A stretch of 42,634 bases of DNA, from positions 1 to 42,634 of the forward strand of contig CAZJEE010000006.1 of the NCBI GenBank assembly GCA_964544985.1. Direction: 5' to 3'. Every line of letters starts with the position of its first letter. The first letter of the stretch is position 1. Both the position numbers and the translations under genes were made by a program. The notes under the pieces were generated by a model. That model was not told the DNA's origin and did not search any database. It worked only from the letters and a program-made list of their open reading frames with translations. This document shows, in pieces, positions 30,336 through 38,923 of this stretch. The stretch is from an uncultured Candidatus Saccharibacteria bacterium (GTDB lineage Bacteria > Patescibacteriota > Minisyncoccia > Minisyncoccales > PWPS01).

Positions 30336-33300
30336 ATGAAAAAACTTCTTTTTTTGTCGCTATTAATTGCTATTTTTGTTGTTACGCCGTTTTTTGCTTT
30401 TTCACAGGAAATAATTTACCCAAGTATTCCTGGCGTTGCCGCTCCACAAGAATTTTTAAAAGAAGTTCAGTCACAGGAAGAGATTCTTCCTCTTTTTATG
30501 ACCTATTTTTTCCACCTGTTTTTAGTAGTTTCAATTGCTGTCGCCGTCAGCATCATGCTTTACGGTGGCTTTATTTACATTATTTCCTCTGGTGATCCAG
30601 AAAAAAGAAAACATGGAAAAAGTTGGATGCTTAGTGCGCTTCATGGATCTTTGATAGTTTTTGCTTCTTATTCTCTTTTATTTACTCTCGACTCTCAACT
30701 TGTTCTTTTTCAACAAAGAGAGATAGATAAGACGGGAACTGAAGGGAAGGTGGATTTAAAATGGGAAATAAAGAATGTTTATTATCAAATACCTTTTGGA
30801 CTTTTAATTGAAGACGCTATATTAAACGAAACCGCACAAAGCAAGCTTTACGATGTACTTAATGCAACATACAAAGCAGAAGATACTTCAAACGCAATAG
30901 AGCAAGGAAGTAAACAACTTTTAGAAATTATAGAGAAGTGCCCTGATAAAGAACCATGTTGTGGAGAAGGTGGAGACATTAACTCTCCTCCTATAAATAA
31001 AAAAGTAACTCCAAAGGAAGAAAAAAAAGCTCCTTTGTGGGTACTTGAAATAAATAAATTATTTGAAAAAACCGGCATCACAGATTGGGAAAAGCCAGAA
31101 AACGAAGTAATACTCACTTCTGAAAAAATTGATAAATCTCTTTTTAGTGAAGATTATGTTCAGATTAATCAACCAAATCTATTTAAGATAGCAGGCGTGG
31201 TGCCTCCTCTTGTCGATGGCAACGGAAAGCCAATCGGTTCTATTACATTTTCTTTTGGAGAAGAGTACACTGGGGGATTACACCGAGGAACGGATATCTC
31301 GGCGCCTCTTGGTAGCACAATTCAATCTACAACCGAGGGCTTTGTAATTTATGCAGGCGACATGGGAGGTACGGCAGGAGGTGCTGTCTCTATTCTTTAT
31401 CACGACGAAAAAACCGATACGCATTTTATTATTCATTATGTACATCTTGACATCAATAGTATCACACCTACGGCTGGAAAAAAAATATCCCAAGGGCAAA
31501 AGATAGGGGAAATAGGGACATCTGGAAGGGTTTTTATATCAGACAAGGATAAGGGACTTCTTCATTACGAGGTAATACTTCTTGATAAAGACACTGACAT
31601 TGGGCCAATAATAAGAGGAGAGTGTCTTTATACTTGCGGAAAAGCAATCGATCCCGTAAAAAATGGGTTTCTTAAAATAAATACGGATAAAACAAGTTAT
31701 CAAAATATCTTTTTTGCCTCTCTCTTTACCGCTTTTAATCCAACAACATCTCTTCTAACTTTGTCTTTTGTGATTCTTATCCTTCTTGCTTTCTTATTTT
31801 TATCTATCAAAGTAACTGCTCTACAGAAAAAAGTTCCTTTCACAAGAATTAGAAAAAGAAGTTTTACTTCTATTGTTTCTATTGTTCTTGTGCTTTCTCT
31901 CGCCCTTTCATCTCTTCCAATTAGTTATCTTCAAAAATCACCTTCCCTTGTTCTAAAAGAAAGTATTAAAATGCAAAATCAAACAGAGCTTTCATTTAGT
32001 CATCTAAATTTTAATATTGTTTTTGCAGAAAATAACGAAGGAAATTCATACTGGCAACACGTTTGGAAAGAAACAAAAGAAGGTGCTGTGTTGGGTGGAG
32101 CGACAGGAGCCACGGTTGGAGGTTTAGCTCTAGGTTATTTAGGGGCAGTTTTTGGAGCAGGAGGAGGAGGAGTACTGGGATTCGGAGTGGGTGCTATTCC
32201 TGGAGCAATATTAGGAGGAGCTCTTGGAACAGCAGTTGGCGGAGCAGGAGGTGCAATATTGGGAGGAGTAGCAGGAGGGCTTGTAAGAGGAGGATGGGCT
32301 CTTTTCACTTATGAAGAAGCAGAAGAAAAGTGTCCTGACAATAGTTCTCCTCAAATAGATCCTTGTGGAGAAGGCCAAACTGAAGTAGAACAAATAACAG
32401 ATCCTGATACCGGGAAAACCATTTATTGTTGTGAGGAGGAAGAAGAGGAAGAAGATACTTTTACAGAAAACTGTGAGTTTTATAAAGACGAATGTCCAGA
32501 CGGCTGTAATCTCGGAAATGACTCAACTGATTGTGGAGGAAATACTCCTTCACCATCTCACCTGTGTTGTTGTTGTGAAGAAGAAGAAGAAGAAAAATGT
32601 GGCAAAGAAGGAGAAGAATGTGATAATGAGAATCTATGTTGTGAAGAACTAAAATGTGAAGATGGAAAATGTATTGAAAAAGAGGAAGGAGAATGTTCCG
32701 ATGGCCTTGAAAAAGAAAGTGAAACTACTTGTAACCAAAAACAACTAGAAAGAGGATGTGAACCAGAGACTGTAAATGGGAAAGATATTTGTTGCTGTAA
32801 AGAAGAAATAGACTGTTCTCAGTTGTTTGGAGAAGATTATAGTCTTACCGATGAACCATCATGTTCTGAAGGACAAGCTAAACATGGCTGTGAAGAAATT
32901 CAAGATGAAGAAGGAAATGCCATAGGTTGTTGTTGTCCAGAAGAACCATTTTGTCTAGAAGACGGATGTGATGTCGCAGAAAAATGTCCTGAAGGAACTC
33001 TTAAAACCGATGAATTAGATGGAATGCTTTGTTGTTGTGAAGAGGAAGAAGAAGAGGAAGAAGAATGCCCTAAATGTCCTGATATTGCTTCTGCTGTACA
33101 AGCTAAAATAGGAGAAATAGAAGGACACATGACACAGCTTGCAAAAGACTTAGAAGCTCTTCTTTTAACAAAAGAACCTATTAAAGAAGACCTATATCAA
33201 TTATACAAAGTAGTGATGCTTAAAAGTTTAGGATATAAACAGGTTTTTGGATATAACTCTTTACTCCTTGAGAAAAGATACTATGAAAGAGGAGAGGTGG

Positions 33301-34451
33301 TTATTGATACCGATAGAGAAGTATCACAAATTGGAAAATACACCTGGGATTGGAGCCGCTGGATTAACAACATCCTTTATCGCATTGAATTAGGAGGAAG
33401 AGTAATCGAAGAAAATGATTCAGCAACTTTCTATCTAAGAATGCCTGAGTCAAAGAAGATTGTAGAAGATGCACTAAGATTGGCTAAAGAAGCAAAAGCT
33501 AATGATATTCAAAAGATAGGAAAAGATATTAGTGTAAAGAAGCCACAATCTCAGAACATATTCCAAAAAGTTTTCTCTTTGGTAACTGGAATATTCTCTG
33601 ATCTTGGATCAAAAGAAACTCTTGCTCAAACTGACATGAAAAAACTTCAAGATTATTTAGATGAACACAAAATAGATCCTGCAAAAATATCAGCTACTGA
33701 GTTTAACGAAATTGTGAAGAAGCTAGGAATAAGTACAGACCAAGGCCAAACACTAAGTGTCTTACAAAGAATGTCCCCTAGTGAATTTTTAGAATGTAAT
33801 ATGGAAATACCAATAGGAGAGGCTTTCGAACTAACATGGGCACATCTAATCGAGTTATTAGACACAATAGATAAATATGTTGAAGAAGGAAAGAAGCTTA
33901 TCGAACAACAAGCAAAGATGAATGAACTTGCTCGTCCTTGTGATTGTCCTTGTGAGGGAGACGAAAAGTGCCCTAATACTTGCGGGGCATGTAAACTAAC
34001 CTGTGATTTAAATGCAATAAAAGCTGCTCATCAAGAAGTTCTAAAAACAAGAGAAAAGATGAAAGAAATTGCCGCACACATTGTACTTCTTACTGATGGT
34101 CACTTTAATACCCCTACTGAAAATCTCTGTGACTCTCTAAATGAAGATGTAAGGGATGACGCAGAGAAGGTTTTGTGTGCCGGTGGAGGAAAAAAACTTA
34201 TCAGCAAACATGAATTAATTACTAGAAAGCTTAACTACTCTAGATTTAGTTTCGATGAATGTATCACTCGTCCAGAACACTTAGAGGATGTGTTGGGGGG
34301 AAAAAGAGCAGGAAAGCTTCCTTTCTTTGGGCCACTTGTTGAAGAAAAGGGAATCCCAAGATATACGAAGACAATAGTAAGCGGTTCTCGTGTCAACACA
34401 AGCGACTTTAATTGGTTCTGTTGTTCCGATTCAAAATTAGAAGATAAATAA
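30336..34451 (+). CDS. Giant modular surface protein: pilin hairpin, M23 peptidase, TM and Gly-zipper segments, poly-Cys/Glu region and a conserved Cys-knot C-module (1371 aa)
   Basis: Signal peptide plus hairpin LYGGFIYIISSGDPEKRKHGKSWMLSALHGSLIVFASYSLLFTLDSQL. M23 motifs LHRGTDISAPLGSTI, HYVHLD and GEIGTSG. Two internal TM helices and a Gly-rich stretch. 38 Cys in residues 666-914. The C-terminal roughly 450 aa is paralogous to ORF 35584. Confidence 0.8.
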   Translation: MKKLLFLSLLIAIFVVTPFFAFSQEIIYPSIPGVAAPQEFLKEVQSQEEILPLFMTYFFHLFLVVSIAVAVSIMLYGGFIYIISSGDPEKRKHGKSWMLSALHGSLIVFASYSLLFTLDSQLVLFQQREIDKTGTEGKVDLKWEIKNVYYQIPFGLLIEDAILNETAQSKLYDVLNATYKAEDTSNAIEQGSKQLLEIIEKCPDKEPCCGEGGDINSPPINKKVTPKEEKKAPLWVLEINKLFEKTGITDWEKPENEVILTSEKIDKSLFSEDYVQINQPNLFKIAGVVPPLVDGNGKPIGSITFSFGEEYTGGLHRGTDISAPLGSTIQSTTEGFVIYAGDMGGTAGGAVSILYHDEKTDTHFIIHYVHLDINSITPTAGKKISQGQKIGEIGTSGRVFISDKDKGLLHYEVILLDKDTDIGPIIRGECLYTCGKAIDPVKNGFLKINTDKTSYQNIFFASLFTAFNPTTSLLTLSFVILILLAFLFLSIKVTALQKKVPFTRIRKRSFTSIVSIVLVLSLALSSLPISYLQKSPSLVLKESIKMQNQTELSFSHLNFNIVFAENNEGNSYWQHVWKETKEGAVLGGATGATVGGLALGYLGAVFGAGGGGVLGFGVGAIPGAILGGALGTAVGGAGGAILGGVAGGLVRGGWALFTYEEAEEKCPDNSSPQIDPCGEGQTEVEQITDPDTGKTIYCCEEEEEEEDTFTENCEFYKDECPDGCNLGNDSTDCGGNTPSPSHLCCCCEEEEEEKCGKEGEECDNENLCCEELKCEDGKCIEKEEGECSDGLEKESETTCNQKQLERGCEPETVNGKDICCCKEEIDCSQLFGEDYSLTDEPSCSEGQAKHGCEEIQDEEGNAIGCCCPEEPFCLEDGCDVAEKCPEGTLKTDELDGMLCCCEEEEEEEEECPKCPDIASAVQAKIGEIEGHMTQLAKDLEALLLTKEPIKEDLYQLYKVVMLKSLGYKQVFGYNSLLLEKRYYERGEVVIDTDREVSQIGKYTWDWSRWINNILYRIELGGRVIEENDSATFYLRMPESKKIVEDALRLAKEAKANDIQKIGKDISVKKPQSQNIFQKVFSLVTGIFSDLGSKETLAQTDMKKLQDYLDEHKIDPAKISATEFNEIVKKLGISTDQGQTLSVLQRMSPSEFLECNMEIPIGEAFELTWAHLIELLDTIDKYVEEGKKLIEQQAKMNELARPCDCPCEGDEKCPNTCGACKLTCDLNAIKAAHQEVLKTREKMKEIAAHIVLLTDGHFNTPTENLCDSLNEDVRDDAEKVLCAGGGKKLISKHELITRKLNYSRFSFDECITRPEHLEDVLGGKRAGKLPFFGPLVEEKGIPRYTKTIVSGSRVNTSDFNWFCCSDSKLEDK

Positions 34452-34458
34452 ACCATAT

Positions 34459-35541
34459 ATGAAAAAAAAGATTCTACTTCTATGCCTCTTTTTCTTCCTT
34501 TTGCTCATTGTGTTTTTTGCCACCGATTCTTTTGTTTTCTCCCAAGGATTAGAAGTTGAATATCCTTCAATTGATAATTATCGTCCAGTAGCTGGTGGGT
34601 CAGAAGAGCTTCCTAATTACTTAAAATACATCATTCGCTTTCTTACACTTAGTGCCGGAATTGTTGTTTTTGGATCCCTTGTTTACGGAGGTTTTTTATG
34701 GATGACATCAGAAGGAGAACCATTAAAAGTTCAAAAAAGTAAAAAACAGATACTTTCTTCGTTTGTCGGTCTTCTGATTATCATCTCTTCTTTTGTTCTT
34801 CTTAATTCTATAAATCCTACCCTTGTTGAGTTGAAAAAAATAGAGATTATTGAAGTAGAAAATGTAAATTCACCAGGAGTTTACCTTTCTTTAAGTGGAT
34901 CTTTCCATGAAAGCAACTTCGAAGAAATGCAAAAAAATGTAAGGAAAATTACTTCTCCTGAAGGAGGGCTGGGAAACTTAAAAGGAAGAATAAAGGCTAT
35001 CCGAATCGTTAACCCTCTAGATGAAAATAATCAGCTAACCTATCGTTATATCGTTGTTTTACATGGCAAAGAAAACTTCAGAGGGCCGTGCGAGTTTATC
35101 TTAACCAACAATTCAGAACACAACTTTACAAACATTAGTGGTGATATTTTAGCAAATACCTTTTCTATTACTGTCTTTAGGGCTGAACGCTACGGACAGT
35201 CTCCGTACGGAAGAGTTGTTGTTTATAACAAGCCTGACTTTGAAGATAAATTTGGATCAGAAAGATTACTTACAACAACAACCGATAACTTCACTCCTTT
35301 AGCCGCCGGGACTCAGCCATGGTCAATAGAAATCGAAGGAGATTACGCAATTATTTTAGCTTCTGGATCAAGCTGGGATCAGATAAATGACGAATGTGTT
35401 GTCTTTGCCTCATCAAAGCCCATCCCTAATCTCACTAGTCATTACATGAACACCTGTAATCCGTTTCTCCTTTCCCACTTCTTCTCGGTCTATGACTCAT
35501 GTGCAACTCACTATGCACTTTTTCCTCTCTTTAGAAGATAA
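34459..35541 (+). CDS. VirB2-like pilin hairpin fused to a roughly 240-aa C-terminal domain (360 aa)
   Basis: Signal peptide, then VYGGFLWMTSEGEPLKVQKSKKQILSSFVGLLIIISSFVLLNSINPTL, then a beta-rich-looking domain (VVLHGKENFRGPCEF, VVVYNKPDFEDKFG). Confidence 0.65.
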   Translation: MKKKILLLCLFFFLLLIVFFATDSFVFSQGLEVEYPSIDNYRPVAGGSEELPNYLKYIIRFLTLSAGIVVFGSLVYGGFLWMTSEGEPLKVQKSKKQILSSFVGLLIIISSFVLLNSINPTLVELKKIEIIEVENVNSPGVYLSLSGSFHESNFEEMQKNVRKITSPEGGLGNLKGRIKAIRIVNPLDENNQLTYRYIVVLHGKENFRGPCEFILTNNSEHNFTNISGDILANTFSITVFRAERYGQSPYGRVVVYNKPDFEDKFGSERLLTTTTDNFTPLAAGTQPWSIEIEGDYAIILASGSSWDQINDECVVFASSKPIPNLTSHYMNTCNPFLLSHFFSVYDSCATHYALFPLFRR

Positions 35542-35583
35542 GTTTTAAGTTGTTTTTCTCTTTTTTTGCGATATAATTTTTAA

Positions 35584-38500
35584 ATGAAATTATTTTCATT
35601 CATAGTAATTTTTCTTTTACTTTTTTCCTTTATTGTCTCTGCTCAAACAGAGGTTATTTATCCGTCTCTTCCAGGAGTTCTCTCTCCTCAAGAAATTGCC
35701 AATCAAGTCCAGTCACAACAAGAGATCTTCCCTCTTTTTATGGCTTACCTTTTTCGCCTCCTTGTTGTTATTTCTGTCTCAGTTTGTTTGTCTATTATCC
35801 TTTATGGAGGACTTCTTTATCTTTTTTCCTCGGGAAATTCCGAAAAAAAACAAAATGCAAAAAGCTGGATATTAAGCGCCCTACATGGCGCTCTTATTAT
35901 TTTTATCTCTTACTCCCTTCTTCTGGCTCTTGATTCTCGACTGATTCTCTTTAATCTCAATGAATTAAAAAAGGGAAATGAGATAGAAAAAATTCACCTA
36001 GAGTGGATTATAAAACAAATTTATTTTCAGATACCGTTTGGTCTTTTAGTTGAGGAAGCAGCAACCAATGAAAATGCTCGCGATAGATTTTATGATATAT
36101 TAGATGCGCTCTACGATGCAGAAGACACCGCAGATGCAATAATCTGGGGAGGAAAAGATCTTTTAGGGATAATAGATGTCTGCCCAATAGGAATGGAATG
36201 TTGTGATGATTTTCCTTTTTGTGAGTGGCCACCGATACCCTTTGCAATACTTCAGCGGGAAAAAGAACCACGTCCTAATTTAAATTGTTTTTGGAACAGC
36301 ATGGCAAAAAGATCTGGAGTTCCTACAATATTAACACGTCCTCCTGTAAAACCACTTCCTTTGGATGCAGTAGATAACTTTCTTGATATAGTAGATACAA
36401 AGCATCATATCAAAATCACAATAAATGAACTTGAAGAAGTAGTAGAAAGTTTTTTTGATCCTCGTATAGAAAAAGGAGATCCTCTTTGGCCTCTTAGAGA
36501 ATCTTTACTGGAAATTATCCGCGAAGTAGATGAAATACTTGCTCATCAAAAAACTGGATTTGATTTAGTAATAGAAGTAAGAAAAATAACAAGAAAAATA
36601 GATTCTCTTATTAATGAATATCCTCTTTTAAAGGAGTCTCCTTTTTGGAATGTTTTAGAAAAAATGTCAGGAGATTGGCTATTAGGAAAAGAGTCATTTG
36701 CAAAAGGAGAATCTGGTTATCGAGATATTCCCTATATTGAACAAGACGATCTTCGATGGAGACATATTAGATATAATTACGATACCCTTTACTCTTCCGG
36801 TTGTCTTTTGGCTTCTACCACAATGGCTCTCAAAAGTTTTGGAATTGATGTGGACATTATCGAAGCATTACGTTTTTCAAAAGCAAATGGACACACAGGT
36901 ATTATGGGTGGAACTCTTTTTCCTTTTACTTGTCATTTTGCACAAACACACGGTTTAAATTGCAAAAGAATAACCAACCCTAGTCCTTCTCATTTCCCAG
37001 AAATGATTAGCTGGCTTGAAAATAAGGGGCCGATTGTAATTGGAGGAATCGGCCATCCTTGGAGTATGGGAGGAGGACACGCCATTCTTTTAACTGGAGT
37101 AGATAGGAATAAAAGAGTAGTATATCTTAACGATCCATCAAGAGCTTTCTTGCATTCAGTAACTTTCGGAGAAGTTTTAAGTAACATGCCTTTTGAACTC
37201 GGCTATATTTCAAAGAAAGAAATTGCAGAGGCTCCTCTTTTTATTGAAGATTCTTTACTATGTGAATCAACGCCTAACAAGATCCTTGGGAGTCATGGTG
37301 GAGGAGATGGCGATTGCCCTGAAATATCTTGTGCTATCCAAATAAAAATCAACGAAATACAGCTTTACATGTTTAAACACCAAAGAGACCTGTGGGTTAT
37401 ATTTTTTGCAAAGGATCTTAAAAAAGAAGGTCTTTATCAACTTTATAAAGCACTGATGCTAAAAAGTTTAGGCATAGAACATCTTCTAAGCTATACAGAT
37501 CTTCTGTTAGAAAAAAGTTATTATAATGAAAAAGAAGAAGTGGTAATTACAACAGACAGTGATTTTACAAAAATACATAGATACAATACTTCTGGAGAAA
37601 ACCCCTATATTTGGAACTGGCAAAAATGGATTAATAATATTGTTTATAAAAAAGATATTGACTGTCACGTTACAATCGCCAACGATCCTGCAACTTTTTA
37701 TTTAAGAAAACCTAGTGCAGACGAGATTATAAAAAACGCCTTAATAGAGCTTGCCTATCGCAGAAAACAAGCAGATATTCAATACTTGGAAATAGAAAAA
37801 TTAATTAAAAGAGACACCACCCTTATCGGTAAAGTAGAGGGTGTTGTTGAAGAAATCTTTAGTGACCCTTATCTAAATATCTTTTTTTCTTCTCCTTTCA
37901 TCAAAAAAGAAATAGGATCTCTTGGTATCTCTCCAGAAATAATTTGGTACTATCAACGTTTTTTAAAACAGTCTTCTCCCTTAGTAACTGCTTCGCTTTC
38001 TCCAAACTACAATGCTATTTTAGCTCTCAATAATTATTTTTTAGAAAACAACATCGACCCACAACTAATTTCTGAAGAAGAACTCCTCAAAATATTAAAG
38101 TTACTAGATATAAGTCCAGAAGAAATATCAATTTCAGAGATCAGAAACACTGACATTGCACATCCCAGCGAATACCTTTCTTGTGGAATGGAAATTCCCG
38201 TTGGAGAAACATTTGAGCTAATATGGGATCATTTTATAGATCTTTTGTTTGTTATGGACGGTTATATTGTGGAAGGGTTATATCTCTTAGAACTTCAAGA
38301 ATATATGAATTATTTAGCTTCGTTTTGCTCCTGTCCGTGCGTTGATCCATGCTGTGAGTGTGATCCTCCATATTCTGGAGCATGCACTCTATTTTGTGAC
38401 AAAGCTACAATTGCCGGTCTTTACTACGGAGAAATTATTCCAACAAGAATGAGAATGCTAAGTATTGCGGAATATATTAAACACTTAACTCAGGGATTTT

Positions 38501-38844
38501 TTAACAATCCTTCAGAAAATATTTGTATTTTAATTAATGAGGATATAAGAGACAACGAAGAAAAAATACTTTGCAATTCTGGTGGAAAAAAGTTTATCAC
38601 AAAACATGAACTAATTACTAGAAAATTAAATTATTCAAGACATGCTCTTGATGAATGCATAACTCGTCCCGAACAAGTGGGTGATATTTTAGACGCAACA
38701 AACGTAGGAAAAGTCACCGTGTTTGGCCCATTTGCTGAAAAAGAAAATCTTCAAAGATATACTAAAACAAAGATAGATAACGTAATGATAAATACTCATG
38801 AGTTTAATTGGTTCTGTTGCTCTGATACACGACTGGAAAAATAG
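35584..38844 (+). CDS. Giant modular surface protein: pilin hairpin, C39-like papain-fold Cys peptidase and a conserved Cys-knot C-module (1086 aa)
   Basis: The first roughly 210 aa and last roughly 500 aa are paralogous to ORF 30336. The middle carries IPYIEQDD...SSGCLLASTTMAL (Cys407), GGGHAILLTGVD (His499) and YLNDPS (Asp517), a C39-like peptidase pattern. Confidence 0.8.
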   Translation: MKLFSFIVIFLLLFSFIVSAQTEVIYPSLPGVLSPQEIANQVQSQQEIFPLFMAYLFRLLVVISVSVCLSIILYGGLLYLFSSGNSEKKQNAKSWILSALHGALIIFISYSLLLALDSRLILFNLNELKKGNEIEKIHLEWIIKQIYFQIPFGLLVEEAATNENARDRFYDILDALYDAEDTADAIIWGGKDLLGIIDVCPIGMECCDDFPFCEWPPIPFAILQREKEPRPNLNCFWNSMAKRSGVPTILTRPPVKPLPLDAVDNFLDIVDTKHHIKITINELEEVVESFFDPRIEKGDPLWPLRESLLEIIREVDEILAHQKTGFDLVIEVRKITRKIDSLINEYPLLKESPFWNVLEKMSGDWLLGKESFAKGESGYRDIPYIEQDDLRWRHIRYNYDTLYSSGCLLASTTMALKSFGIDVDIIEALRFSKANGHTGIMGGTLFPFTCHFAQTHGLNCKRITNPSPSHFPEMISWLENKGPIVIGGIGHPWSMGGGHAILLTGVDRNKRVVYLNDPSRAFLHSVTFGEVLSNMPFELGYISKKEIAEAPLFIEDSLLCESTPNKILGSHGGGDGDCPEISCAIQIKINEIQLYMFKHQRDLWVIFFAKDLKKEGLYQLYKALMLKSLGIEHLLSYTDLLLEKSYYNEKEEVVITTDSDFTKIHRYNTSGENPYIWNWQKWINNIVYKKDIDCHVTIANDPATFYLRKPSADEIIKNALIELAYRRKQADIQYLEIEKLIKRDTTLIGKVEGVVEEIFSDPYLNIFFSSPFIKKEIGSLGISPEIIWYYQRFLKQSSPLVTASLSPNYNAILALNNYFLENNIDPQLISEEELLKILKLLDISPEEISISEIRNTDIAHPSEYLSCGMEIPVGETFELIWDHFIDLLFVMDGYIVEGLYLLELQEYMNYLASFCSCPCVDPCCECDPPYSGACTLFCDKATIAGLYYGEIIPTRMRMLSIAEYIKHLTQGFFNNPSENICILINEDIRDNEEKILCNSGGKKFITKHELITRKLNYSRHALDECITRPEQVGDILDATNVGKVTVFGPFAEKENLQRYTKTKIDNVMINTHEFNWFCCSDTRLEK

Positions 38845-38923
38845 ATTTTTTATCGATCTTTTCCTTTTAAAAAGCAAAACTAAAAATATTTTATTATCTT
38901 AAATCTTTTTATAAAAATGTAAT

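Noticed and set aside
32063-32314. Alternative-frame ORF (83 aa, Arg/Ser/Trp-rich) inside the Gly-rich segment
   Set aside because: It is a frame-shifted reading of GGN-rich DNA within the much longer, coherent 1371-aa ORF, and has no independent start signals.
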